In this document: positions 15,695-32,430 of the stretch, piece after piece
How the letters are laid out: every line of letters begins with the position of its first letter
How positions within the stretch are numbered: the first letter of the stretch is position 1
Origin: the human T2T-CHM13v2.0 reference genome, Homo sapiens
Assembly (NCBI RefSeq): GCF_009914755.1
Contig: NC_060929.1
DNA length: 64,000 nt
Reading direction: 5' to 3' (one strand)
Position numbers and translations under genes: made by a program
The notes under the pieces: model-generated
What the model saw: the letters and a program-made list of their open reading frames with translations, nothing else
Databases searched by the model: none
What the model was told of the DNA's origin: nothing

Positions 15695-17620
15695 ATTTGT
15701 TCATTCTTAGATTCAACAAACATTTTTGGGAATGAGCTTTCTGTTAAGACTGTGGGCTAAAAACATGTATGAAGAGTTTCCTACCTAATGTGAAAGACAT
15801 GCAATGAAATTCATAATGAAGATATAATGGAATTGTGAATAGTAGAAATGTGTACAACACAGTACAAGAATTTTAAAAATGGAGCAAATTTAATATCTGA
15901 GCTATATGCCTTAGAAGATAATTAGAAGTTCACCAGGTAGAAAGCTGACCAAAAGGGTGCATGTGGGAGACATCCCAGATGATGAGGGTAGGAATCAAGG
16001 TCCCAAGGAGGGAGTGAGATTAACATATTTATGGGGCACAGAATAGTTTGATGTAATTAAAAGACTCAGGTTTGGGCTAGATCACAAAGAGCTTTTCTTA
16101 GTTTATTTACTTTAAAAATATTGGTAGAGAATCCAGGAAGTTTCTCTAGTACTGTGTTCTTCATTATGATTGTCTTGTGTCCTTCAAAATTATACCACTA
16201 AATGCAACAACTATTCCAGAGGTTCCCAACATTCAAGCATAGATATTACAGTTCAAAGGAAAAGAGAAACCACTGCTTTTATGTTGGTTGCACTGAACAT
16301 TCAGAAGTAAAAACATTGTATTCCTTGTTCTCTTATTTTCTTGTATTATATTCAGTATAAATAAAAGATACGTGTAATAATCTAAATCAACTAAATCGTT
16401 GGCAAAAGCTATGCAATCAGCATGTGGGGGAGAGCACACAACATGATTCAAATGGATTCAGTAAACACGGATTAAATACCTTGTAAGTGGTGGAAGGCAG
16501 AGTACACATATAGGTAAGACACACGCCTTGCCCTTGAGACTTTCATAGTCTTCCAAAGTAGACAAATAAACAGATAATTCAAAAATATTGTGGCAAATTG
16601 TAAGAACGGAGCAGCCCATGCAGGATGTCTGGGAACACAGAGCAGGACCTTCCAGGAATTGAGCAAGACGTCTTGGAGGAAGTAGGGCTCAGCTGTCTAT
16701 AAGAATGAGTAGTGAATATCCTTCAGCAGATAGAGACTAACTAAAAGACAGGATTTCTGTGGTGCTAGCAGGAGCACAAAGAGTTTGTAATTCTTAGCGT
16801 ATCAAGTGTGAAATAATTGGGTGAGGCTGAAGTTGGAGGTTGATAAAAGTTGAAGCTATGTAGCTGGACAGGGACTGGTGAGGTCAGAAGGGGGCTTATA
16901 GCCACCTTCTGGAATTTGGAATTAACACTGCAGGTAATGGAGGCATTACGTGGTTTTCAGTAGGGGCAAGGCATAACTGTATTTGTATTTTAAACTGATG
17001 TCTCTGGCTGCATTGTTCTGCTGTCCTTGGGGAGTGATGGTGCAAAGACTCTAGGCTTCAGAACTGCAGAAACAGTGTTTTTCCTATTCACCACTGTCAC
17101 AATTACCTGCAAAGTGAGCAGGTGCTCAATAGATTTTTGTTGAATAAACGAACACACATTTTGGTAGTTATTGATAAGAGAGAGAGAAGCCTGACCCAGG
17201 GGAGTGGTGGTAGAGGGTGGAGAATTGTGGATGGATATAAATACAGGAAAAAGGTCTAGGAATTAAGATGAACAAAATGTGGTGATTGAATCTGACAGGA
17301 AAAGAGAAACTTAGATGATTCAGGGCTTGGAAAAAGGAAACATTATTGGTCATGTTAATTTTTATTTAATTCCCTATGGAACACATAAGTGAGCACACAT
17401 ATACTTTTACTTCTAAAGATTCATTTATATTCTTGGCTCTTACACATCCAATAGTAGCAGTATTTCCAAGGAGTCATTGCTTGGTACATTTTTCTGAATA
17501 TGCATACTATATCTCCAAAGAGATTGTAAAATTTCTATGGACAGAAACTGTGTCTAATACCTCTCTAATCTCTTCACACAGTGCACAGCACAGGTTTTAT
17601 TAAGCATCTATCAATCAGCT
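15695..17620. mobile_element. Cluster of L2 fragments, mostly minus; plus-strand 3' ends near 17100-17155 and 17510-17620
   Basis: attcaacaaacattttt, ttgcccttgagactttcatagtct, gcaggtgctcaatagatttttgttgaataaa. Confidence 0.55.
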
Positions 17621-18339
17621 GGCATTTTTATTTCAATTTAAGTCAAAACCTCAAATAGTGGATTTAAAATATATATATAATTTCATTGCAGAGGCAATAA
17701 TATTTTCACAGAGTTTCTGAAATAATATCTTCATCATCTACCTGATAGGAACAAGACATAATTAAAAGTCTCATATTTTGTTCCTCTTGGTACTTTGGTA
17801 CCTCAGCCTCAATGATTAGTGGCTTAGATATTGATCACTTTTATAATAAACTTATCTACAAGAATGATGACAGACACAGTCCCCTTTCCCTGTGCTACTC
17901 ATTCCCGTTCTCACACAAAGATTTTAATTGCAGAACCTAAATGAGCCCTTCCTGTTTATTACTCTGGTTAGTGGTCTCTAGTTTTTCACTGTGACTTGAT
18001 GATCTCCATTCAGGCCTCTCTGTCTTACTGCAGGATGACATTTTTAAATAAACATGCAATGTATCTTAAAGAGTCTATTAATTTATATAAGTTCATGTGA
18101 TTACTTAGGCAGAGTTGATATTATAAAAATAGCCATTTTTTCTTAAGAATAATGAGGAGAAAATATAATACAGGAAAAATAGGACTTCATGTCCTATTAT
18201 GAAGCAGTATATGCTTTCTTATGTAAAGGGCAAACTCTAATTACTTTTTTGCATTGGTAAAGAGAGTCATGCATGTTGATAAGAGAAATTTTAAAGGTGA
18301 AAAAAGTTTTTTCACTCATTTTCCTTTTTAAAAATTGTT

Positions 18340-18413
18340 TAAACTTTCATTAAAATAAAAGTTCAGGGATACATGTGCAAGTTTGTTATATAGGTAAACT
18401 CGTGTCACAGGGA
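18340..18413 (-). mobile_element. Short L1PA 3'-end fragment
   Basis: gttcagggatacatgtgcaagtttgttatataggtaaactcgtgtca matches the reverse L1PA 3' terminus. Confidence 0.75.
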
Positions 18414-20199
18414 TATCAATAATTTATATTATAATTTAAAATTATAATATTTATAATTAATAGCTACAAATACCTTGCATTATTTTTGCTAGTAAAAACT
18501 AAGTATATTGATGAAAACTTAAAGGAATAAGAGAGCAACGTTAATTACTTGATGTTTAAATTTCATGGTTATTCTAACACCCCAAATTTATTGCTGTAAT
18601 GGTGAGTAAGGCAGTCTTGTTTTTGCTGGTGTTCATAGGCATACATTCTGATAGAAACAAATTCATATTGAAGGAGAAACTTCCAATGTCACAAAAATCT
18701 GTAATAGGTTTTAGTCTCATAAATTAACTAATTCATTGTGTTTAACTTGGGAGAGCAATTTAAACCTACAATATCTTTTTTGACTATTACATAAAACATT
18801 AAAAAGTATATATATTTAAATCCTGCTATTAGAGGTTGCTGATGAATAGATAATTCATTAATATAAAATTTATTCTCCACTTACTTCTGAAACAGCTTAA
18901 GCTAAATTCAATGGTGGGGGTGAGAAGGATATAAGTCCTAAATATTTTTGAATGTATGAATCAACAAATGAAAAAGGATTTGACATGGCCAATGCATACT
19001 CTCATTATACATAAAAGTTTCTATTTATTATAAAAGTTGAAAGCATAAAAATACATCTTCTTAATCTATAGATTTACACAACTATTTGTAAGCTATATAT
19101 TATTTGTAGTTTTCTCCAAAAATCTGATTGATTCTAGAAAGTTTCCTTCATTGCCTGAAATGCACATTATAGAATAGTTCTTATATTCTATGAAGACTGT
19201 AAATAAGAAAAGAACTATAATTTAATACAATAAAGAATAATTCATGTGGAAGCTTAAAATCAGATTCATTCTTTATGTAGCAAGAAGACAGCCAAGTGTA
19301 TTAAGCATGAGAAGTATCTTTTCAGCCTAGGAAGTTGTGTGGTCATAGAGTCATATATTTCTAATTGTGTAACTTGGCTCTGTGCTCAAGAGAACATCAC
19401 TTAGATGTCCTTGTCCTAAGAATTTTGATTTTTTAAAAAATATATGAGTCTCCTTTAAAAGCTTTCAGGCATGAGCCTTGAAGTAGTAAATCAAGTTTAC
19501 CTGAGTATGCATTATAACTGTCTAATCCATGAAAGTGATACTCTATTTGTTTTGTGATATTTGATTCCCTGTTAAATACTTTAAAATGGAAGTTCCTGTC
19601 TGGCCATGTGGTGTGAGGGTACTTAATATATAAGAGGATTCACTTGTCATTAACATATTTAAAGGGTCTTAAAATACTTCCTTAGAGTGAAATCATTTTG
19701 AAGAGTAGTCTATTCATTGCCCATCTCTAAAAGAGTAAAAGTTAGCAATTATAATGTATTCATAGAGAAGGCATATTTCTCCTCCTCCTATTGACTTCAA
19801 GTACAGGAATGCGCTAAAATAGAGTACTCTTCAATGACTCTCATTGAGTCAGGAAAAAATAGTCTTACATACTGAATACGAGATTTTAGGATGCAACACC
19901 AACCAGAAGTAATTGCAGTTGACAATCTCATTAGATTTCCTGAAATTCTCCCATTAGGCAGAATACATTCATTCAATATAAATTTCATATATATATATAT
20001 TATTAAAGGAAAAGGAGTGGTGGCTGAAGTTGTAAGTGAAACCAAGAAAGGATTATTTAATGGAAAAAAATTAACGTATTTGTGGACCGATGAGAAAAAT
20101 CCAAAAGAAGTGAAAAATTTGAGAGCACAGTCCCTACTATCATGATGGACATGAGAGAGAATAATCTAGCAGCTAAATAATTAAGGATGTACTCTGGTT

Positions 20200-20600
20200 C
20201 TATGATGCAAATAAAACAAGAAGCTGGGTAAGTGAAGGGATGAGGAGGGATTAGTTTTCCTGAGAGGTTTGTAAGCAGAAAGAACCAGTTCTGGAAGTGG
20301 AATATTCTAGGCTGAGGAACTAACCAGTGTGAAGACTCTAGGGCAGGAATCAGACTGGTTTTTCATGAAACAATGAAGTTTCTTAAAGGCTAGCGTATGG
20401 AATTTGCATTTTGTTCTAATAGCAGTAAAAAGGCATGAGAGTTTTTAAAAGCCGTGTTGATCGGTACGGAGAGAATGGATTTGAGAAGAAGACATGGGTA
20501 GAAGCAAGAGAACTACTTAGAAGTGGGTTGTCATAGCACAGATGAAGTTGATGGTGACATGGCTGAGAATGGCCATGGAAAAAGTGAATAAAGATGGAAT
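20200..20600 (-). mobile_element. L2 fragment
   Basis: aatattctaggctgaggaactaaccagtgtgaagactctagggcagga; gaatttgcattttgttctaa. Confidence 0.55.
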
Positions 20601-20669
20601 TTTTATTTTACTTACATGAAAGCTTTTAATTAAACATTTTGGAGTATACTTCACAATAACCTTAGAATC

Positions 20670-20900
20670 ACAATAACTGGCATTTATCGAGCACTTGCTA
20701 TTTTTGTGAGTATTGTGGTAAGCATTTTATAAGCAATATTTTCTTTATTTTCACATCACTTCTGTGAGATACAGTAATTATCCCAAGATGAGAAAACCGA
20801 ACTTTAGAGAGGTACTTTCACTTGCTCAAAGGCACACTGCAAACACTTGTTGAAGCTGCTCACTTTGGAGTCCACATTAACAATCACCTCACTATTGCCT
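20670..20900 (-). mobile_element. MIR
   Basis: catttatcgagcactt..agatgagaaaaccga..ttgctcaaaggcacac (reverse MIR core). Confidence 0.75.
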
Positions 20901-21089
20901 TCCCAAGTGACCAAGTTTTATTTTTCCATATCAGCACCACCATCTACATTTCAGGCCTCATGATAATATTATTTATCAGTTCCTGTCGGTGCTTAAAACT
21001 CATGACTAATCAAAAGGGGGAAAAGTCTTGCCTTCCTTACCAAAGACTAGATGATTCCTAAAATAAATTAATTACATCAAATGATTATG

Positions 21090-21320
21090 CAAGTTGCATA
21101 GCAGTCAAGAGCCCATATGAACTGGACTGCCTTAATTTGAAGCTCTGCTCTGCCAGTTACTATTTGTATTACCTTAGGTGAATTACTTACCTCAGTTTTC
21201 TCATCTGTAATACGGATTTATAGTAGTGATGACCTCATAAGGTTGTTATGAGGATTTAATAAATTAACAACTGTAAAATACTTAGGAGTGTGCATGGCAC
21301 CTATTAAGAGCTTCCTGTTT
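21090..21320 (+). mobile_element. MIR
   Basis: cctcagttttctcatctgtaa..acctcataaggttgttatgaggatttaa. Confidence 0.8.
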
Positions 21321-21517
21321 ATTAAATACACCATCTCTAATCATTGCTTTATGCTCTATCCATAGTTTTAGAGTCAGTGGTTCTGCATCTGTTCAGAAAT
21401 GTTTGAAGCTGTAGAGATACAGGTTGAAGAATCCAGGTCAAAGATTGTTTTAGCTGCTTACCAAAGCATTCAGAAGCTCTGCTCACCATAAGAATGTGAC
21501 AATTTTTATCTGAATGA

Positions 21518-21837
<320 letters not shown>

Positions 21838-22928
21838 CAGAATTTTCTTTATATAGGCAATAAATATCTGGATCAGGTAGAGAGGGGTACAGCTGGTCAG
21901 TGTCAGAGCCAGTACTAGAATTCAGGTCTCATGATGTCCAATCTTGTGTATAAAAAACACTGAATTGTTTTTTAAACATGATTACGTGGTCTCCTAGTTA
22001 AGACCCTGCCACAAGTTTATTTCTAGTAACACAAGTATTTGTCACTCTGCAATGCTTGCTTTACCATCATGGCTTTGGCTTGGGGATTATGTTTATGATC
22101 AAAGAGTAGCAAACTGTACTTTGGAAGCAACGTAAAAGAGCTTGTCAAAATTATTATATTTGTGCTCACACGGGACACGTCTCATTATCTCAGGTTTTGC
22201 CACACATAAAAAGAGAATTTCAAGTCTCTAAAACACAATGTATAAAAGTATAAGCATGTTGTACTTGACAAGCATTAGTCAATAAGAACTGCTTATTCAC
22301 CTTGAATTCAATTATTCTAAACATACAGTGACACTCTGTAATGGAGCATAAGGAATCAAAGCATGCAATGGATAAAACAGTTTAAAGAGGCACTATGGAC
22401 TGCAGACAGCATCACTTAAAAAATGTTTAAATATATTCAGCCCAAAATGCTCACGACAGATTATCAGTAAAGGAAATGAAGTTGTTTTGAGGGCCATATA
22501 TAATATTTAAAGGTGATTTCAAGAAGGATGAAATCCCTTTCTACAATAAAATTACTGTGGCTACCATGTAAAGAATATGGTCTGTGTTTCAGACACTGTG
22601 TAAATTGCCTTATCAAGAATCCCTATAATAATTAATTCCCCCAGTGAATTTACATGGGAAGTGTTATGATCTGATGCTTGGCACATAGTGGCATTCAATA
22701 AATAATTGTTTCTCGGATGAGAAAACTGTGGCTCAGTGATACATCTAGCAGCTGGAGGAACTGGCATTCTAACTCAAATTGTCTGATTCCAAAAAGCCAA
22801 GCTCTTTAATCCTCAGTGTTCTCTTTTCCAGCATCTTGTCGGAGTAAGAACATTGGATGTTGCATGGGTTAACATCATTGTGTTGAATGTTTAGGTTGAT
22901 TTATGCATATTTGTGAATGAATAATTCC

Positions 22929-23239
22929 TTTTTTTTTTTTTTTTTTTTTTTGAGACAGAGTCATGCTCTGTCACTCAGGCTGGAGTGCAGTGGCGCCGAT
23001 CTCGGCTCGCTGCAACCTCCACCTCCCGGGTTCAAGCAATTATCCGACTTCAGCCTCACTGGATTGTAGCTGGGATGACAATCGTGTGCCACATGTCCTG
23101 CTAATTTTTTTGTGTTTTTAGTAGAGACGGAATTTCTCCATATTAGCCAGGCTGGTCTCCAACTCCTGGCCCCAAGTGATCCGCCCGCCTCGGTCTCCCA
23201 AAGTGCTGGGATTACAGGCGTAAGCCACCACACCCAACC
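22929..23239 (-). mobile_element. AluS
   Basis: Full reverse dimer with poly-T. Degenerate TSD gaataattcctt / gaataagtctt. Confidence 0.95.
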
Positions 23240-24411
23240 GAATAAGTCTTAAGATCCAGAAAGTTCAAAGAATTTTTAAAAGCACATCTTATTCTTGCCA
23301 AGTGCATGTAATTGTATTAAAGAGAAAACGTAAATAGAAGAAGCAGTTTCTAAAATTAAAATTCAGAAGCATTTATTACAGTGTTTTGTATATTGCATAA
23401 TTCCTTCTGGTGCTTGTAGCTATGGACACTAGAAGTTGGGTTTGAAATTCTGTAAGTATATAATAATTTGGTAATGTATGGTTAGCACCGAGTACTTAGG
23501 AAATGAAGAAAAGATGAAGAAGTTATCAAAAGCCATTTTAGCTATCAAATTGTTTTGTGTGGAGCTGAATCCCACAAATTTATTTGTGATATGAATACTG
23601 AGAAAGATCTAAAATACTATCATATTATTCTAGGAAATTAGCCTCATTATTGGTAGTCACTTTTTTAAACAACTGAAATCCAAACAAATATTGACTAGGG
23701 TTTCCAGAACATTTCACTCACTCTTTAATCTCTTTATCTAAAGATCATATTTCACAAAAGAAACACAATTTTCTTCTACAGGTACTACTTATAAATTCTT
23801 AGTTTAAACATAGATTAGACCCCTTGTGAATATTGATATATTGGTCTTACAATTCATATACAATTATTAATATTATGCAGTATTCATTAGAGTATGTTAA
23901 ATTGCATACCGAATAAATGCAGTACTTTTGTTGTTACACTTTTGGTGGGTAAATTTCCCAGCAAGCAATCAGGTCATTCACATGCTACAAAGAGGTTCTT
24001 ATTGTGTTTTAATTATTTATAATATGGCTCTAATCCTGTGTTTTCAAAATAACTTTTGTTTGCTATTTTAATGCACCTTAGTTTCTAATACTATATTCAT
24101 TAAGAACATATGTAGATATTTAAAGAAACATTACCTAGTGGCATATGATAACTAAACTGGGAATTGGTCCTCATCAACAAGGGGACCATTCTGTGCAAAA
24201 ATGATACTGCCTGGCCTGAAGGCCAAAGACATTACAAAAACATGATCAATAACCTATAATAAAGTTAGTGCAACTAGGTCTATACGATTGCAGACATTGG
24301 TTAGTTTCATCATTAAGAGATGGAGATGCTACTCTGAATTAAAAAGGTGCCCCAAATCACCAACTACAAAGTTAACAACTAATACAGAAAAATTATCTGT
24401 CATGTCTAAAT

Positions 24412-25251
24412 TGTGTGTATGTATAGACTGAGTTTTAATTTACAATAGAAATCAGAAAAAAAGTAATAAAATTAGTGCTAGCGGAGAAAAACTGTGTTCT
24501 AAAGAATGTAGACATTCTATGGAAAACTCAAAGACAAGGAATTATTTTGAACAGATTCTGTGATGCTTAAGTATTTACAATATTAAAATATTTGTATATA
24601 TTTGAAAATAAAGATGGAGTGGAAAAAATTACCATTCAATTTAAGGGGGGGGTCTTAAGTAAATTATAGGTATAAAATGAAAGTTTTGTACAAGAGATGC
24701 TTAAGTTTCAAACTGTACTGAAGAAAGTAAGTAAAAATTAAAACTCTCCATACCCACCTTTCTACTTCACATAGGTACTATTGCTAATAGGTTCTTCTGT
24801 ATCCATATCTGCATACTCATACACATCTTAAAATATGATTACCAATTGGATTGGGGTATATAATTACAGTATATACTGTTCTCAACTTGTGCATATGTGT
24901 AGATAAAGTTGTACTTTACAATGGAAACCAGAAGATGTAAATAATGAAATATAGCACTCATGTAGAGAAATTATGTTTTTAAAGAATATAGACATTCTAC
25001 AGAAAACTCAAAGACAAAGAATGATTTTGAACAGATTCCATGATGCTTATGTAATTGCAATATTAAAATATTTACTACAAAATTTTATAGTAAAATGAAA
25101 TAAATGGGTAAAAAGAAGAAATATAAAAAGCTAATAAGCTAATAACCAGAGGAAAAGATGCTATCCATATCTACACACATACACACTTCTTAAAATATTA
25201 TTACAGATTGGATTATATTATATAATTACAGTATACACTGTTCTCAACTTG
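24412..25251. repeat. Diverged tandem segmental duplication (unit 1 ~24412-24888, unit 2 ~24889-25251)
   Basis: Shared blocks taaagaat.tagacattcta..gaaaactcaaagacaa.gaat.attttgaacagattc and tatataattacagtata.actgttctcaacttg. Confidence 0.9.
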
Positions 25252-26000
25252 ATTTTTAACAGTTAATAATATATTATGGCTATTTTCCATAACAACACTT
25301 GCAACATTACTTGGATCTGTTGCCCAGAAACCCATTGTATAGATGTACCATTGCTTAATTAACTAGTGTCCTATGAGTGAATATTTAGTTTGTTTTTAAC
25401 TTATTACTATTGAAATATATCTTGATGGTCCTTGCATGTGTGCCTTTGTGTAGCAGTGGGGAAATGTTCATAGAACAAATTTCTAGAATAGGAATCTGGG
25501 TCAAAATTTTAAGTATTTCAAATTTTGATATTGACAAAACATCTTCCATAGAGATTGGATCAATTACTAGAGTAGTATGAAAAGATCTATTTTTCTGTTT
25601 CTTTGTGAAATTTTAATCAACATGATAGATAAAAGACAGTATTACATTTTGATGTACATTTTTTAAATTATGAGAATTGATCAGCACTTTTCCTATATTT
25701 ACTACCTTTTTATATTTCTTTTTTCATTATCTGCTTATTTCATTTTTTTCATCCCTCTATTTCATTTGCACATCAGTTTGCTATTGAGTTGTAAGTGATC
25801 TTTTCATTTTAAGGCTATCAGCACTTTGACTCTTGTGAGTTGAAAATATTTCTTACTGATTATCATTTGGCTACTGACTTGTTTTATGATATTTTGTTAT
25901 TGTATAGGATTAAAAAAGAAATCGTAGTAAATTTTGAATTGTTTGCATTAAGTCTTCTTGGAAAAGCCTTTCCATCCAATATTTTTAAAAATTAAATATC
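25160..26000 (-). mobile_element. Old L1ME 3' region
   Basis: ccattgtatagatgtaccat..ttaactagtgtcctatg..atatttagtttgtttt; tttctagaataggaatctgggtcaaa. Confidence 0.65.
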
Positions 26001-26829
26001 TCTTACTTTTGATTTTACTTTATATATATAGCTTACCTGTCACAGTAGCAAGGTAAAGAAAATAAACTAAATATTTTTGTTTGGTGAAAACTGAATGGAA
26101 TCCAAACTCAGTGTGATCTAAAATGCTTTGTTCTAAATAATTTCTATTAATATTAATATACACTCATTTTTTTCTTGAATAATTGAAAACATTTATTGTG
26201 CCTGACAACTGATACAATTATCAATGTGCCCACTCCTTGGAGTGATCTTTCTTTGTAGTTTTACTTTTAGGGGGCAGTCCGTGTTCTCACAGTGTTTTAC
26301 AGTCTAACTATAAAACTCACAGGATGATCTCTGAAAACCATCAATTGTTACCTCCATTGCAACGAGGACCAACCCTGGTTATTCAATTCAGGATAAAGAC
26401 GCTTCTTTTTCTTCATCTTTCTAATTCAAGTAAATTATACCCTTTTATATTATCCACAGAAGAGTAGCAGCAATAACAAAAATATAAACTGGTGATTGCA
26501 TGATTAGTGAATGAGAAGGGAAGCTGAATATATGTAATTTAAAACAAAGGACTCACATGTCTTATTAGGCCTGAGTAACATTACGATGAGTTCATAATTC
26601 AAAAGAAAAAGTGTACTTTACATCTGACTGTATCATTAAGTCTTTATGTAAATCATTCATGCAATATTTTATTTATAATTTCCTATAATATTCCAATTTT
26701 TAATCATATGATACTCAACTAGTAGCTCTGTCCACAAAAGCATAAATATATTTAAAACCAGGAGTTTCACATGTAAATAATTTCTTATTGCTGATAAATA
26801 GTTTGGTTGGAAACTATGTGTGTATGTGG

Positions 26830-27160
26830 TTTTTTTGTGTGTGTTTTGTTTGTTTGTTTGTTTGTTTGTTTTGTTTTTGTTTTTTTTGAGACAGAGTCTC
26901 ACTCTGTCACCCAGACTGGAGTGCAGCAGTGTTATTTTGGCTCACTTCTGCCTCCAGGTTCAAGTGATTATCCTGCCTCAGCCTCCCGAGTACTTGGGAT
27001 TGCAGGGATGCAGGACCTTGCCCAGCTAATTTTTTGTATTTTTAGTAGAGATGGGGTTTCGCCATGTTGGCCAGGCTGGTCTCAAACTGACCTCAAGTGA
27101 TCCACCTGCCTCAGCCTCCCAAAGTGATGGGATTACAAGCGTGAGCCACCATGCGCAGCA
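26830..27160 (-). mobile_element. AluS with (TTTG)n tail
   Basis: gagacagagtctcactctgtcacccag..ctgacctcaagtgatccacctgcctcagcctcccaaagtg. Confidence 0.95.
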
Positions 27161-27245
27161 GAAATTGTGTTATTATGAACATTTCTTAGGCATGACATTA
27201 GGCCCTTCAGAGCTAATGATAATCAATACAGGCTTTCTCAAAATA

Positions 27246-28762
<1,517 letters not shown>

Positions 28763-31700
28763 TACTATGAGAACTGACAGATGAAATAGAGTGACTTCTG
28801 CCAACTTTTAATTAGAGATAAGGTAATTTTAATTTAGTTCTTTAGGGGTGTGGTCTGTAAGCTCCACTCTGTTATTACTCCTCTAACCCATGCTGAGAAT
28901 ATGGACCATGATTTTTGTGTATAGTGTTAGTAGCTAAAAGCTGCCTGGCTCCAGGCCCAGTTTTTCAACCAATTCTTCCCAGTGTAATAACAACTATTAG
29001 GTATTATAATTCACTTGGCTCATGTCCTTCTGCTTCTTCTGGCTGGAATTCCTAATTCAAGTTAAAAAGTGGTGATGCATAAACTTTCAAAGATTTGTAG
29101 GTTTGGATAAAACCCCCATGAGGTCAGTTTCTTTTCGATAGCTTATTCTAACTTGTATGAGAATTCTGTACCTAATCTCACTTAAAGATCAAGAAAATTA
29201 TTAACAATTAATTTGGACAGAAATGAGAATTTTTTCTACTGTCAGAAGTGAGATAAAATATTAATCCATTGAAATGGTTAAATTTACAAATATTAGAAGG
29301 GTTATCTTTTTATTACAGTGAGAACAATTCACAGCTATTCTAAAATGTACACTGACTTATTACAGTACTTTATGATTCATATCTGAAAATGACCAAGTTT
29401 CACAAAATATTTCCTAAATTTAACTTAAATTACTATAGAGGAATCAAATTTGAAAAGATTTCAGATATCTGACAATTAACTATCAAGGTATATGAAAGGC
29501 TTTCTAAGGCTCTAGAACAGAGATCCTTACTGCATATATTGCTGCTTGTTGGCTTTTAAATTAAAACACCCCATTCCCTATAAGCCATCTAGAAGTGGGG
29601 AGTTTTCACAATGGCCTTGTAAATGAAATCAAGTAAGATCTTTTGAATGATGGATAAAACAATAAATCTAGACAAAACCAAAATCTCCAGTGGATTTATT
29701 ATATGGCCACTATTGTACACAACCTGAAGCCTACATGTGAGATCTTATAAAGTGATCTAAACATTAACCAGACATTCTAGTTCTTTTTAATATGCTCTAA
29801 GAGAATATGTTTCAAGGAAATTTGCTGCTTGGAGAGAAGCCATTTTTTTTCCCATTTGTTCTACTTGGGTCTCTGCTTGCTCATGCCAGTGGTTCTGATT
29901 CCAGGACCACATGCTATTATAGGAATACCACTTCTCTTAAATCACAGTGAAAGCCAAATTAAAATATTCCAGACAAAGACCTATACTTTTTTACTTTAAA
30001 AGCTTGTTCAAGTTCAATTTGGCCTGGAATCATTCTATAAATGAAGTATTGATTAGCTTGGATGAACAGAATATTGTAAAAGGGTTAGACTAGTGTGCAT
30101 TTTTAGTCATGAGACCATAGGAATGAGCTACAGTGGAATCAGTGGTTCCACTATTTTGCTGTGGAGGTGATTCAAAAACAAGTTTTAATAGTGATTAGAA
30201 TGAAACTAATAAGCTTTTAAGAATCTGTTCTTCCAGCTAATACTCTTCATATATTGAGTTGTGTAATCATGGATAAGTATTCTAGAACTTTTTAAATAAA
30301 TTTTTATTTATCACAGTAGTCAAATGGAAATGGTTTTGTTTTCCTCAACTAAAAGCCTGTAAGTATTGATTAGGGCAGATTGACATGTAGGTTGAAGAAT
30401 AAAAATCTTGGACCCTGTCACATTTCAAGTCATCTGTAAAATGTTCATTGTTTCCATTCTGAAACCATAAGGATTCTAACTGAAGAACACATGTGAAACC
30501 ATGAAAATGTGGAGGAAATAGTGTCTAATCTGAGGATATATTTTGACTTTTAATAATGTTAGGACACAGGGTTGAGAATAGAATTGAGCAACTATTTATT
30601 CATTTCTCTTCTGTTTTATTAGTTGAAGTCTAAGTGGTATATACACAGACTCTATTAAGGGATAGGGTTTATTTTCTGAAACTTTGCTATAAAAAAGTTG
30701 CTGGCATGGAATGACTTGTAGTTCCTGATGATCACCCTCTGCTCCCCACAAAGGTAAAATGATTCTAGAGACACTGGTCACAACCATAAGCTTGAGAAGC
30801 TCTAAGGCTAATGAATCCATCACCATTTTCCCTACTATGGAGTCGTAACACTACTACTATCACTGATGTAAAAACTTCAAAAAGCTTTTACGGGAGAACT
30901 TTGTTACCCACAAAGTCCTCTCAAATGGGGGCTGCTCATTCTTTCAATTGATCCTTTCTTTTAGAGCTATTACAGTTCATTGTCTTCACTCCATTTGGCC
31001 ATTGCTAAGTTACTGCTCTTTCACCATCACAAAGAAAAAACAAGCTCCGTTCATGGTCTATGCCATGGGGCTTTTTTTTTTTTTTAGATTCTCATTTATA
31101 TTTTGTCCTTTAAAGAATTAAACATAAATAATTGGTATTCAAGGATTACATTGTCATCTAATTGAAAAGTCATCTTTTACTTCAAATCATGTTATCAATA
31201 TGGATATCTATAATATCTTCATGAATGAATCCTCTAATAAGCCTCTGAAATATTTCTGCACCAATGACCTTAATTTTTATTTTAATTTGTGCTTTTTTAC
31301 CTTGATCTTGACATTATTTGGAACTTGTAATTTTCCAGGTATGCTCTTTGAAAATCTTGAATTAAGCATTTCCAATTCAATTATTGATTTCTTTCTTTCT
31401 AAACCATATGCCCTCATTCACACGGAATCTCTTTTACATTATTGAGATCTCCAATCTTCAAGTACTGGATGTATTTCCTAACCTATTCGTTCAAAGTCCA
31501 GCAACGTTGTTCTCTGCCATTGTCTAACTAATTACCAGCGTGAGTTATTCCAATGATATATTTTTATTCTGTTTCTTCTCTTGGGCCATATTGTTGTCAG
31601 ACAAAGTGGCAAAACCATTGCTAAACTGGCAACACAACAGACTTATGGATCCACAGTAAATGAATTTTTTAAAACTGCTGAAAAGTACTTGTAGTTATTA

Positions 31701-32430
31701 TTTTGTGCTGGAAAACTATGTATAGCATGGATTTTTTCTCATTTTTTTCCCTAAAATTTAAAAGCTGTCACCTGTAAAATCATTTTGTTTTATTCTGAAA
31801 GGTTATATTCTATTTCTCATTCACAATTTTGTGTGTTTGCATTTTATCTCTTATTTGGTGGGTTACAATAACTACAGTGATGTTTGTTGCCTTTTTCTGT
31901 TAAATAAATCAATTCTACTTTTTCTATTCTTTAATCATGTCTACTTTTATTATCACTTTTCCTGCTTTCCTGAGGTTTGTTTTTGTTCAAATACTTTTAT
32001 CCCTTTTATTCTGTAATAAAAACACTTAAAGCTGTAAAATTTTCTCTGTGATAACTATGACAGCATCCTATATGTTTTAATATGCCCTGTCTTCATTATT
32101 AGTAGTTTCTAATTAGGCTAAACATTAATCTTTTATATCCTATTAATGGAAGTCATAGGTTATAATGTAATAAAATTTACATTGGTAGGTCTCTGAGTGT
32201 TTAAACTGTTTACTAATTTCTAGTTTTGCTAATTTTTCATGAGGTAATGGTGCATTGCAACTTCAACTTTTCCATGTTGCAGATCTAGTTGATATGTAAG
32301 GAGTTTTACACACACCACCTGCTCTCAAAACACACCCACTCCCACACACTAACACACAGACTAAAAACACGTATAAATAATGGAAAAATTGTTGAAATAT
32401 CATTGTGGATAGAAAAGAAAGTAAGGGCTG

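Noticed and set aside
18426-18450. AT-only 12-bp palindrome (similar ones at 43449-43474 and 11863-11887)
   Set aside because: Short, low-complexity dyads are expected in AT-rich DNA.
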